From contig JAFXPG010000014.1 of assembly GCA_017528045.1 (NCBI GenBank), forward strand, positions 68,414 through 132,413: 64,000 nucleotides of DNA. Direction: 5' to 3'. Position 1 is the stretch's first letter. Each line of letters opens with the position of its first letter. Origin of the DNA: Alphaproteobacteria bacterium (GTDB taxonomy: Bacteria; Pseudomonadota; Alphaproteobacteria; Rs-D84). Below the pieces are notes generated by a model, which was not told where the DNA came from, searched no databases, and saw only the letters and a list, made by a program, of their open reading frames with translations. The position numbers were made by a program, and so were the translations under genes. Below, in pieces: positions 1 to 9,166 of the stretch.

Positions 1-337
1 AACCTTTTTTATGTGCTGCATCTTCTAAAGTTTCCATAGCACTGTTCCATAATGCAGCAGATTTGTTTTCTGAATAAATATATTGGTGAGGTGCACGTTT
101 TTTATCACCAAAAATTTTCATTACATTTAATTGTTCAGAAGATAATTGCCCTGATAAATATAATTTAGTAATCAAAGTTTCTACATCTAATAATTCACAA
201 GGTCTGTGGACAGTTGATGTTTTTCGAATAAAATTATTTTGTATTGATTTAGAATATAAAAACCAAAACCACAATTGTTCTGCGTTTTGAAATTTTTCTG
301 AATCATTTATATTTTTATAAGCCAACGTATTTTCCAT
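1..337 (-). CDS. hypothetical protein, truncated by the window edge
   Basis: ATG at 337 with an AGGAG-type RBS just upstream on the minus strand. The frame stays open to position 1 (MENTLAYKNINDSEKFQNAEQLWFWF...). It is absent from the track because it runs off the edge. No family recognised. Confidence 0.5.
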   Translation of the reverse strand, partial: MENTLAYKNINDSEKFQNAEQLWFWFLYSKSIQNNFIRKTSTVHRPCELLDVETLITKLYLSGQLSSEQLNVMKIFGDKKRAPHQYIYSENKSAALWNSAMETLEDAAHKKG

Positions 338-511
338 ATTTTTCTCCTTTTGTATTTATATGGTTATATTTAAAAATACCTTATATAAATAAGGCATTTT
401 TAAGTTAATAATAAAAATGGTATTAAGTAAAATATTACAACTATAAATAGAATATAAAATTAAAAAATCGATTCGAAATCGGTTTTTTAATTTGTTAATG
501 CGAATCGATTT

Positions 512-2923
512 TTATTCCATTTCAAAAGGTTCTTCGCATGGGGCATCAGGATCTTCAGGACAACAAGCAAATGTTCCATCACCCATATCCGTATAAGTTT
601 CAGATGCACAACATCCTTCTGGCCCAGGACTGCTGCCGTCTTCACATAATAATGTATTTTCATCTATGGCTGTCTCAGGTTTTGCAAACGGGTTTTCTAC
701 ATAACCATCATCATCATAAGTTAATCCAAGAATTTCCGTATTGTATTTTTCTGTATCATCTGCATAAGTATCCGTAAATTTCTTAGATTGACTTTCAAAA
801 TATACTTCCTGTTTAGCATTATTTTTAGCTTTATAATTCTGCGATTGACAGTAAGCTAATAAGGTTCTGTAATCCATATTTTTCGTTGTTGGGTTTTCTC
901 TCCAAGTATCATTTACTTTAGTCGTTCCAGTCTTTTCATCATATTCGCAAATATCACCCATATCAAATGATCTAACTTGACCAATCCAAGATGGATCATC
1001 AAGATTACGGCTTGCTTTGTCTTTTAAATCTGTCCATTTTGCACGAGATTGGGCAGGAGCATATTGCGTAAACGCACATTTTTTACCAGCACCTTCTGTT
1101 TCATCACATGTAACAATTATATCAACTGGAGAATAAACATTTATACGTGTTCCGGCAGCAATAGAAAATGGTGGCGTTGTATTATCCAATGCGTCAACTA
1201 ATAATTTTTGTGCAACCTTGTTCCATGTGGATATAACTTCTTGCTTTGCCATTTCTGATGAACGCATAGTTCCGGATTGAACAACCGTATTATTATCCAA
1301 ATTAATTTGATTAACAACTTTATCTGCAATAGGTGCAATCATATTTACCGCAGCCGGAACAATAGATGTTAATATAGGCATAACCATTTGTTCAACATAA
1401 TCAGTACTGCCATGTCCTGGAACGCCTATACGTCCTTGGGCGTCACCTGTGTAAGGATCAGAATCATCTCCATTAAAGTTAAATTCTACTCCATCTGGAC
1501 GTATAAATTGGTACCATCTTATATCCATACGACCAATAGATTTATAAGGTCCTGGAATTTCACCTGTTAAATATCCCATTAACAATGTTCCGGTTGGTAT
1601 AATAATTGTTCGTCCATCATCTGAATATACATTTCTGTCCACTGTTGCACGTACTGGTAAATAAGAATGACTATCATATACTGCTGGATCTGCACGTACT
1701 TCAGAAACAATAGTTGCAGGAATCGGTTTAAATTGACGTAAAATAAATGTACGATCATATGGACGTGAAGATACAATGTATTCACCACTTTGTGCTGATC
1801 CCATCAATGCTTCTTTATTTAAATCACTTTTCCAACCAAGTTCTTCATTATCACTGGCTTTCATCATTCCACCAGAAGCCCATTCCGTTTCGTCCACATC
1901 AAAATTTCCATTTGAATCAGCCACAGAATATTTCTTTGGTGCAGCCAATTGTGGTAATTTTATATCACGGGCTTTTACACGTCTGTATCCAATATGATCT
2001 GCATCTGTTCCAATTTTTGAGCCATCTTCCAAAGAAGTTATAACACCTGTTGAAAAATCATATTTACCAGTTGGATTTGAACAATCTTTATCTTCAAAAG
2101 GATGAAAATAATTTGCACCATGTTCTGGTTTTATCCAACCAATTTGAACACCAGATTGGTTATATCCTGGAATAGCAAAATCTGAACATTTTTCGGCAGG
2201 TAATGAAAATTCATCATCTGAATTTTTGAATGAATCAGCAGGAGATATTTCTTTATCACCAAGATTTTCTTCTGGATCTGATATAAAAGAAGGTTCTGTT
2301 TCTTCTTCAATTGGTTCAGGCTCTGGTTCAGGTTCTAATTCTACTATTGGTTCTGGTTCAATCACAGGTTCTGGTTCAATCACAGGTTCAACTTTCTTTT
2401 CTTCTACAATTTTTTCAATCGAATTGTATGTAATATCTAATATTTCTTCTGTATTTGTTACATCTTCTTGGGCCATATGCCAAGTTATCATCAATTTTGC
2501 TTTTGCTTTAGATTGAACAGATTTCGGACTGTAAGTAATTTTTATAGAACAAGAATCAGTCAATATATTATTGCAATCATTTTTTTGTACAATATCGATT
2601 TGTTCTTTTTTTGAATCTATTTTGATACCGTCTATAACGACAGATTCACTGGCATATAAATCAACATCTTCAGTTTTTGATTCATCAACACGAACATCAT
2701 CAAAAGAAATTTTTTCAGGTGTTACAGTAAATGTTACTGGTTTTTGTACAATAGGTTTACTTTTAGATCTGTTACCTATGAATAAAGTTAATAAAATAAC
2801 AACAATCAATACCAAAGCACATAACAATATCCATTGGACATGCTTTGGTGTTTCTGAACGAAATTCGTCAAATTGTTGTTTTATATTTTTCATTTTATTT
2901 ATTGTATTCTTACCACATGACAA
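512..2923 (-). CDS. virB10: VirB10/TrbI-family type IV secretion protein, unusually long (803 aa)
   Basis: N-terminal TM helix (WILLCALVLIVVILLTLFIG), a Pro/Glu repeat linker, and a TrbI-like core (GTLLMGYLTGEIPGPYKSIGRMDIRWYQFIRPDGVEF...GDAQGRIGVPGH). Lies downstream of virB8 and virB9. An alternative start is MKNIKQ at 2893. Confidence 0.8.
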   Translation of the reverse strand: MSCGKNTINKMKNIKQQFDEFRSETPKHVQWILLCALVLIVVILLTLFIGNRSKSKPIVQKPVTFTVTPEKISFDDVRVDESKTEDVDLYASESVVIDGIKIDSKKEQIDIVQKNDCNNILTDSCSIKITYSPKSVQSKAKAKLMITWHMAQEDVTNTEEILDITYNSIEKIVEEKKVEPVIEPEPVIEPEPIVELEPEPEPEPIEEETEPSFISDPEENLGDKEISPADSFKNSDDEFSLPAEKCSDFAIPGYNQSGVQIGWIKPEHGANYFHPFEDKDCSNPTGKYDFSTGVITSLEDGSKIGTDADHIGYRRVKARDIKLPQLAAPKKYSVADSNGNFDVDETEWASGGMMKASDNEELGWKSDLNKEALMGSAQSGEYIVSSRPYDRTFILRQFKPIPATIVSEVRADPAVYDSHSYLPVRATVDRNVYSDDGRTIIIPTGTLLMGYLTGEIPGPYKSIGRMDIRWYQFIRPDGVEFNFNGDDSDPYTGDAQGRIGVPGHGSTDYVEQMVMPILTSIVPAAVNMIAPIADKVVNQINLDNNTVVQSGTMRSSEMAKQEVISTWNKVAQKLLVDALDNTTPPFSIAAGTRINVYSPVDIIVTCDETEGAGKKCAFTQYAPAQSRAKWTDLKDKASRNLDDPSWIGQVRSFDMGDICEYDEKTGTTKVNDTWRENPTTKNMDYRTLLAYCQSQNYKAKNNAKQEVYFESQSKKFTDTYADDTEKYNTEILGLTYDDDGYVENPFAKPETAIDENTLLCEDGSSPGPEGCCASETYTDMGDGTFACCPEDPDAPCEEPFEME

Positions 2924-4374
2924 CTGTTACCGCTGAATTTTAACAATTTATCACATAATTGTTGTGCTGTATCTATATCAGCCAAAGGACCAATACGTAA
3001 ACGATACAAACGTGCTGTTGCTGAATCTGCACCTAAATCACCAACACCCTGTTCGTCTACTGCAAAGAAAACACTGTTTTTATATGGACTTAAAATTCCT
3101 GCACCATCTTCACCACTGAATTTTGCTAACAAATCTGTCCAATAATCATTTAACGCTTTTACGGATGTATCAGATTTTAATTCAATCGCGACACCTGATT
3201 GATTGCTTGTAATCAAAGGTATGTTTGATTGTGGTAAATAAGCACCTGATGTTGTACGTGCTGTTGGCATCATTTGAACACCTGATGTTGTTGTGTTTAC
3301 AACCATATTAGAATCATACCCCATCATTTGAGGTTGATTATAAATCATCGTTGGTGTTGCTGTATAATCATTAATAGATGCGTTTATAGCATATTGTTCA
3401 TCTGTATAAGCAATATTATTCAAAGATTGATTCGACATCATAGATTGTGCAACGTTAGCTTCTGCTAAGGCCATAACAGATGCTGTATCTGCAATCAAGA
3501 ATGGTTTTGCACGTTTTTTGATACAAACAATTCTTTGGCCACTGCGTAAAACCATATCGCCAACAGCTTCCACTATTAATAAACGACCATCTTCACCGTC
3601 TGTACGAAAACCAACTGGGCTTTCACCGCCTTCTACTAACAAAGAAACAACTGGCCTTTGTGTCATAGAAATAACTTTGTCACCAAAATCTATATATGTA
3701 AATATTCTGTCACGCCATACGCGTTCTGGTGCAATTACATAATCGTCAGGATTTGGAACAAATATATCTAAATCAAAACGAAATTCGGATGGGTCGATTT
3801 TCATAGTTTTTATCCAACCATAATCTTCACCGTCAACACCAACAACAGACGTTGTTGCAGCAGGTTTATTAAAACCATGCCCCATAGAACCACCAGATAC
3901 ATTTGACGAAGTATTCAAGGCTGATGCATTACCCAAAGAAATATCTACTTGGGAATATGTTATTTCTCCTGACCCCGATGGGTATGCGCGTAAATATAAT
4001 ATATAAGTATTACCTGACTGACCATGGACTATTAAATTAGTGTCGTTACCACTGTTACCATTTTCAGGAGAAATGTAAATAGTTCTGTCACCTTTTGTTG
4101 CGTTTATTTGAAATAAACCTGTGCTGCCTTCTACATAGTCAACAATTTTTTCTCCCATTGGTAAATTGACTAAGGTTGCCATACCTGCACGTGTTTTTAT
4201 TGGTAAAACGGTTCCGGTAGACCAAGTTAAATTTGCATATCCAGGTTTAGTGGAACCTGCTGTCATATTGGCATTAGGATTATCCCATGCAACTTGATAA
4301 GAAAATGCAGGAAATGCACAACATAAAACTGCTAATATAGAAATGTTTAACTTACATAATTTTATAAAAGTCAT
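2899..4374 (-). CDS. virB9: VirB9-like T4SS protein with a C-terminal SPOR-like domain
   Basis: Signal peptide (ILAVLCCAFPAFS). Position between virB8 and virB10. C-terminus LYRLRIGPLADIDTAQQLCDKLLKFSGNSCHVVRIQ resembles a SPOR domain. Confidence 0.7.
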   Translation of the reverse strand: MTFIKLCKLNISILAVLCCAFPAFSYQVAWDNPNANMTAGSTKPGYANLTWSTGTVLPIKTRAGMATLVNLPMGEKIVDYVEGSTGLFQINATKGDRTIYISPENGNSGNDTNLIVHGQSGNTYILYLRAYPSGSGEITYSQVDISLGNASALNTSSNVSGGSMGHGFNKPAATTSVVGVDGEDYGWIKTMKIDPSEFRFDLDIFVPNPDDYVIAPERVWRDRIFTYIDFGDKVISMTQRPVVSLLVEGGESPVGFRTDGEDGRLLIVEAVGDMVLRSGQRIVCIKKRAKPFLIADTASVMALAEANVAQSMMSNQSLNNIAYTDEQYAINASINDYTATPTMIYNQPQMMGYDSNMVVNTTTSGVQMMPTARTTSGAYLPQSNIPLITSNQSGVAIELKSDTSVKALNDYWTDLLAKFSGEDGAGILSPYKNSVFFAVDEQGVGDLGADSATARLYRLRIGPLADIDTAQQLCDKLLKFSGNSCHVVRIQ

Positions 4375-4409
4375 CTTTTATAATCCTTACCTTGCTTTCT
4401 TTTTTATCT

Positions 4410-5087
4410 TTATTCCAAATCTAAAGGATCAATCAGACCGTTCATAATAGAATATTCTGTTATCTGTATACCAAGCGGATTACTGCTTAATTTAGCTAAA
4501 TTACCCAATAATCCAGAACGACCTTTGTCCAATTCAGATTGTATTCTTACTTGTATCTTATAAAAATTTCTGTTGGTCTGTCCACTAATATTTTTACAGA
4601 TCAAATTGAAATTTACTTGGTAATAACCATTACGCATATCTATAATAGCTTCATCTTTAGATGTATTAGAAAAAGATACTCGGCAAGAATTGTTTGATGG
4701 TTGTTCATTAAAAGTATATTTTTTATACATTTTAGTTTTTTTGAAAGCATCATATACTTTTGGATTTGACCATGGTTTTACAACTTGTTCCCAGTTATCT
4801 GTAGTAAGTTGGACGCTTTCTAGTGTGTTTCGTGCAATTATATATTCACGTATAAAACCTCGTCTGTAATTTTCTATTGTTGCGGCATCGTAATTATCAG
4901 GTGTCATAGGTTTTATTGTTACATTTGATGCAGATGTTTCATTTAATACAAAAAACACTTCTGGTCTTACCAAAGGTGTCATTTTGAACAACGTGAAAAT
5001 AAGCATGCCCAAGACGACAACTGATGTTGCCAAGACAAAAACTAATGCACGCGATAACAAAACAGGTGGTTCTACGACCTTTGACAC
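4410..5087 (-). CDS. virB8: VirB8-like T4SS protein
   Basis: 225 aa with a single N-terminal TM followed by a periplasmic domain. First gene of the B8-B9-B10 order. Confidence 0.65.
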   Translation of the reverse strand: MSKVVEPPVLLSRALVFVLATSVVVLGMLIFTLFKMTPLVRPEVFFVLNETSASNVTIKPMTPDNYDAATIENYRRGFIREYIIARNTLESVQLTTDNWEQVVKPWSNPKVYDAFKKTKMYKKYTFNEQPSNNSCRVSFSNTSKDEAIIDMRNGYYQVNFNLICKNISGQTNRNFYKIQVRIQSELDKGRSGLLGNLAKLSSNPLGIQITEYSIMNGLIDPLDLE

Positions 5088-5240
5088 TATATTCCCCTAC
5101 ATTAATATAAAGTGATTGTAGAAAAAAATATTCGACCAGTGCAAGCAAAAAAATGAATAAAAAATAATTTTTTCTTTTTTTTATTTTTAACCTTTGTTAT
5201 ACTTGATGGCGAAGGGAATTTTATAAAGGAAGGATTATCC

Positions 5241-5741
5241 ATGAAACGTATGTTTTTGGCATCGGGTATTGTGGTATGTATGACATGCCCTGCATTCGCA
5301 ACAGACCCAACTGGATTTGATTTGTCGACATTAGATGTCGGCATCAATGGAACAACATATGGATTTATAAGGGGTAATGGCAATGCCAGCTATGGCAATT
5401 ATTCACCAACCCAATATGATTTAACTGAATCTGGCACATGGGGCACGACATTTGATTATGGTAAAGTGCGTGGTGAAGCGTTGTGCAGCAGTACAAGTGG
5501 AACATATGCACAACCAAGCACGCCGGATGAAAACATAACTGGAAGATATTGTTGGTGTAAAGTGACGGGTTATCAAGCATCTGGTGGATCCAAATGGCAA
5601 AATGTTTCGTCTGTGTCCTGGGTGTTCGGCTTCGACCACGAGATTGCAGACATTTGTCCGGACGGCTGTGCATTCTATTGCGCGGACTACGTCCAGAATG
5701 ATTCCGTATTTCGGAATTCGATGTTCGGCGTGTCGCAATAA
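5241..5741 (+). CDS. secreted Cys-rich hypothetical protein
   Basis: Signal peptide MKRMFLASGIVVCMTCPAFA and multiple Cys residues. Divergent from virB8. Confidence 0.5.
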   Translation: MKRMFLASGIVVCMTCPAFATDPTGFDLSTLDVGINGTTYGFIRGNGNASYGNYSPTQYDLTESGTWGTTFDYGKVRGEALCSSTSGTYAQPSTPDENITGRYCWCKVTGYQASGGSKWQNVSSVSWVFGFDHEIADICPDGCAFYCADYVQNDSVFRNSMFGVSQ

Positions 5742-5773
5742 AAATATGAACTAAATTTCACCCCCTTTTTCGC

Positions 5774-5802
5774 TTGCGTGAAATTTTTAAAAATATTATA
5801 AT
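5774..5802 (+). promoter_or_regulatory. sigma70-like promoter upstream of tRNA-Trp/secE
   Basis: TTGCGT (5774-5779), a 17-nt spacer, then TATAAT (5797-5802). Confidence 0.4.
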
Positions 5803-5900
5803 ATTTCCGCTTGATTTTTTATATTGGTGTGCTATGCTTTCAGCGATTATCAATATAAAATGGCTGAAATGCCGGGGTGTTTGTATGGGTACTGACTAAA

Positions 5901-5974
5901 AGGGGCTTAGTTCAACGGTAGAATATCGGTCTCCAAAACCGCGGATGAGGGTTCGATTCCTTCAGCCCCTGCCA
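5901..5974 (+). tRNA. trnW: tRNA-Trp (anticodon CCA)
   Basis: Cloverleaf readable by eye. Acceptor AGGGGCT/AGCCCCT, anticodon loop CTCCAAA, T-loop GGTTCGATTCC, encoded CCA end. Canonical position before secE. Confidence 0.9.
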
Positions 5975-6010
5975 GAAAAATTGATAATAAATAAAAATTG
6001 GAAAGAATTT

Positions 6011-6190
6011 ATGAAAAAAATATTAGAATTTATTAAATCTGTGCGTTCTGAATGGTTTAAAATTGTTTGGCCAACACGTGATACTGTTGTTCATACGACA
6101 ATTATGATATTTGTATTTTCAGGATTAGCAGCTTTATTCTTTTTCGTAATAGATAGCATTTTAAATGCTTTGGTACATTGGATTTTCTAA
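6011..6190 (+). CDS. secE: preprotein translocase subunit SecE
   Basis: MKKILEFIKSVRSEWFKIVWPTRD... with a C-terminal TM. The track ORF start at 5945 lies inside the tRNA, so I trimmed to the ATG at 6011. Confidence 0.85.
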   Translation: MKKILEFIKSVRSEWFKIVWPTRDTVVHTTIMIFVFSGLAALFFFVIDSILNALVHWIF

Positions 6191-6208
6191 GACATAAAGG
6201 AATGTATT

Positions 6209-6754
6209 ATGGAAGAAAAAATGCAGTGGTTTGTTGTAAATGTTCATACTTCTTGCGAAGATAAAGTCGCACGTGAATTGCGCGAACAGATTGATAAACG
6301 TAAATTAAATGCTTATTTTGGTGAAATTTTGGTTCCAACACGTGAAGTTTCTGAAATAAAAGCTGGTAAACGTGTTAAAACAGAAAAGAAATTCTTTCCT
6401 GGATATATTGTTGTTCAAATGGTTATGAATAACGAAACTTTTTCTTTGGTTAAATTGATGCCAAATGTTGTAATGTTTTTAGGACAAAAAGTTAAAAACC
6501 AATCAAAACCTATTCCTATCAGTGAAGCAGAAGCTCGTCGTTTATTGAAACAAGTTGAAGAAGGTTCTGTTGTTACTGAAGATACTGTCTATGAAGAAGG
6601 TCAAGAAGTTCATGTTATTGATGGACCTTTTGCAAATTTCAATGGAATTGCATCTAATGTTGATAATGTAAAACAAAAAATGACAGTTACAATTTTAGTA
6701 TTTGGTCGTGAAACCAGTGTTGAATTGGATTTCGAACAAGTAGAAAGAGTTTAG
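6209..6754 (+). CDS. nusG: transcription termination/antitermination factor NusG
   Basis: WFVVNVHTSCEDKV...FPGYIVVQM...VHVIDGPFANFNG (NGN plus KOW). Synteny with secE. Confidence 0.95.
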   Translation: MEEKMQWFVVNVHTSCEDKVARELREQIDKRKLNAYFGEILVPTREVSEIKAGKRVKTEKKFFPGYIVVQMVMNNETFSLVKLMPNVVMFLGQKVKNQSKPIPISEAEARRLLKQVEEGSVVTEDTVYEEGQEVHVIDGPFANFNGIASNVDNVKQKMTVTILVFGRETSVELDFEQVERV

Positions 6755-6843
6755 TCTTTGACTAAAAAACGTGGTAGATACGCCATATCGCACCACGACA
6801 CTAACCTGATGTGAAAACATCTTTAAAAAAACGGAGTGAAAAA

Positions 6844-7275
6844 ATGGCAAAAAAAGAATTAAAAGGGATTGTTAAATTAGTAGTCCCTGCAAAACAAGCA
6901 AATCCAGCTCCTCCTATTGGACCAGCATTGGGTGCTGCCGGTGTTAATATCGCAGAATTCTGCAAACAATTTAATGACAAAACAGCTGATAAAGAACCAG
7001 GAATGCCAATTCCTTGCATTATTACTGTTTATACAGACCGCAGTTTCGAATTTATTATGAAATTGCCACCTGTGTCATATTATATTAAGAAAGCTTTGAA
7101 ATTGAAAATTGGTTCCCATAAACCAGGACGTGATTTTGTTGGTACAATTTCTAAAGCACAAATTGAAGAAATTGCAAAGAATAAAATGCCTGATTTGAAT
7201 TGTTCTACTATTGAATCTGCATGTAATATTGTTGCGGGTCAATGTCGTTCTATGGGTGTAAAAGTGGAGGACTAG
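6844..7275 (+). CDS. rplK: 50S ribosomal protein L11
   Basis: MAKKELKGIVKLVVPAKQANPAPPIGPALG. I chose the in-frame ATG at 6844. Confidence 0.95.
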   Translation: MAKKELKGIVKLVVPAKQANPAPPIGPALGAAGVNIAEFCKQFNDKTADKEPGMPIPCIITVYTDRSFEFIMKLPPVSYYIKKALKLKIGSHKPGRDFVGTISKAQIEEIAKNKMPDLNCSTIESACNIVAGQCRSMGVKVED

Positions 7276-7278
7276 GTC

Positions 7279-7953
7279 ATGAAAGTTACAAAAAGAAAAC
7301 AAGCTTGGTCCGCATTGGATTCTAAAAAATTATATTCTTTGGATGAAGCAATTGAAACATTACGTGGTTTTTGTTCTTCTAAATTTGATGAAAGTTTAGA
7401 AATAGCAATTAAATTGGGTATTGATGTTACAAAAGCTGATCAAAATATCCGTGGAATGTTGTCTTTGCCAAATGGTACAGGTAAATCTGTACGTGTTGCT
7501 GTATTTACAGTTAACAGTCAAGAAGATGCTAAAAAAGCAGGCGCTGATATCGTTGGTGGTGAAGAATTAATTGAAAAAGTAGCAAACGGATTTTTGGAAT
7601 TTGATCGTGTTATTGCAACACCTGATATGATGCCAAAAATGTCAAAAGTTGCTCGTGTTTTGGGACCAAAAGGTTTAATGCCTAATCCAAAATTAGGAAC
7701 AGTTACAAATAATGTAGCAGAAGCTATTGCTAGTGCAAAAGCTGGACAAATAGAATACCGCGCTGAAAAGAAAGGTATTATCCATGCTGGTATTGGTAAA
7801 ATGTCCTTTGCTACAGAAAAATTGGTCGAAAATGCTAATGCTTTGATTGATCAATTGAAAAAAGTTAAACCTGCATCCGCAAAAGGTCAATACATTTTGG
7901 GTTGCAGTGTAGCAACAACTCAAGGCCCAGGTCTGAAAGTTGATGTAAAATAA
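7279..7953 (+). CDS. rplA: 50S ribosomal protein L1
   Basis: Typical L1 sequence (RGMLSLPNGTGKSVRVAVF...) and synteny. Confidence 0.95.
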   Translation: MKVTKRKQAWSALDSKKLYSLDEAIETLRGFCSSKFDESLEIAIKLGIDVTKADQNIRGMLSLPNGTGKSVRVAVFTVNSQEDAKKAGADIVGGEELIEKVANGFLEFDRVIATPDMMPKMSKVARVLGPKGLMPNPKLGTVTNNVAEAIASAKAGQIEYRAEKKGIIHAGIGKMSFATEKLVENANALIDQLKKVKPASAKGQYILGCSVATTQGPGLKVDVK

Positions 7954-8127
7954 TTTATGGTGGGGCATCCCACCGTAAAACAGATTTCTGTCCAAGACTG
8001 ATGGTGTGAAGATTCACTTAATTCCCATCATAGACAAAGAAAAATTCTTTGGGGCAGGAACAACAAGCCCCACCCGTGGAAAACCACAGATGGAAAGTTA
8101 ACAAGAAGCTTAAAAGGATATACAAAG
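7954..8127 (+). promoter_or_regulatory. candidate rplJ (L10) leader structure
   Basis: A 174-nt untranslated gap with GC-rich hairpins in an AT-rich genome (GGTGGGGCATCCCACC; GGGGCAGGAACAACAAGCCCC). This is the position of L10(L12)4 autoregulatory leaders in other bacteria. Confidence 0.35.
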
Positions 8128-8607
8128 ATGAGACGCGAAGAAAAATCAGATTTGATTTCAGCGTTGCAGTCGTCCTTGAAAGAAGCGGACGGTGTTTTCG
8201 TTATTGAAAACCATGGTTTAACAGTAAAAGAAATGGAAGCTTTGCGTAATGAATTACGTGATAAAGTTTCTTTGTTCAAAGTTGTTAAAAACCGTTTGAT
8301 GAAATTAGCATTGAAAGATACTGATTTCGAACCTGTATCCGAATTGATGAAACGTCCAACAGCTGTTGCAGTTACGACAGATGCTTTGGCTGTTACAAAA
8401 GTTTTGGCTAAATTCGCTGAAGAACACCAAAATTTAACAATTTTGGGTGGTAAAATGGATGCAGAACTTCTGGATGTAAACGGCGTTATGCAATTATCCA
8501 AGCTTCCATCCTTGCTGGAAATTCGTGGTACTATCGCACGTATATTGATAGAACCAGCATCACGTTTAGCACGTGTTTCAGCAGAGTATGGAAAAAAACA
8601 AGATTAA
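8128..8607 (+). CDS. rplJ: 50S ribosomal protein L10
   Basis: Synteny and an L10-like sequence. Confidence 0.9.
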   Translation: MRREEKSDLISALQSSLKEADGVFVIENHGLTVKEMEALRNELRDKVSLFKVVKNRLMKLALKDTDFEPVSELMKRPTAVAVTTDALAVTKVLAKFAEEHQNLTILGGKMDAELLDVNGVMQLSKLPSLLEIRGTIARILIEPASRLARVSAEYGKKQD

Positions 8608-8631
8608 TAAAAACTCACAAGGAGTATTAAA

Positions 8632-9000
8632 ATGGCAGATATTCAAAAAATCGTTGAAGAATTGTCAAAATTGACTGTTCAAGAAGCAGTTGAATTATCA
8701 AAAGCATTAGAAGAAACATGGGGCGTAAGCGCTGCTGCTGCTGTTGCAGTTGCTGCTGGTCCTGCAGCTGGTGCTGCAGCTGAAGAAAAAACAGAATTTG
8801 ATGTTGTATTAGCAGATGCTGGTGCAAACAAATTAGCTGTTATCAAAGCTGTTAAAGATATTACAGGTTTAGGTTTAGGCGAAGCTAAAGCTTTGGTTGA
8901 ATCTGCTCCTAAAGCTGTTAAAGAAGCAGTTGCAAAAGATGAAGCTGAAAAAATGAAAGCTACATTGGAAGCAGCTGGTGCAAAAGTAGAAATGAAATAA
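8632..9000 (+). CDS. rplL: 50S ribosomal protein L7/L12
   Basis: Ala-rich hinge and the C-terminus [20 protein letters not shown]...[11 protein letters not shown]. Confidence 0.95.
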   Translation: MADIQKIVEELSKLTVQEAVELSKALEETWGVSAAAAVAVAAGPAAGAAAEEKTEFDVVLADAGANKLAVIKAVKDITGLGLGEAKALVESAPKAVKEAVAKDEAEKMKATLEAAGAKVEMK

Positions 9001-9166
9001 TTTTTACTTTAAGGAATCTAGGATTCCAAAAAAATTAAATTGCAGAAATGCAATTCCCGCCGCCCGCCAAGGAAAAATTTTTTCTGTGGCGGGCACACAG
9101 GCGTAAAAGGTGATAAACTTTTTTCGTTTGCAAAACACAGAAGAGAAAAATAAAAGGATTCAGAAA

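Noticed and set aside
2226-2516. Plus-strand GSGSGS-rich ORF
   Set aside because: It is the antisense shadow of the Pro/Glu repeat region of virB10.
5150-5200. Homopolymer T/A tracts between virB8 and the 5241 gene as a phase-variation switch
   Set aside because: Tracts of up to about 8 nt are common throughout this AT-rich sequence. Nothing links these tracts to promoter spacing.
5945-6010. N-terminal extension of secE given by the track
   Set aside because: It overlaps the 3' half of tRNA-Trp. The conserved SecE sequence begins at the ATG at 6011.
9110-9166. N-terminal extension of rpoB
   Set aside because: The extension is poor sequence starting on a non-ATG codon. The conserved RpoB N-terminus begins at MAVIQKL, which has an RBS.
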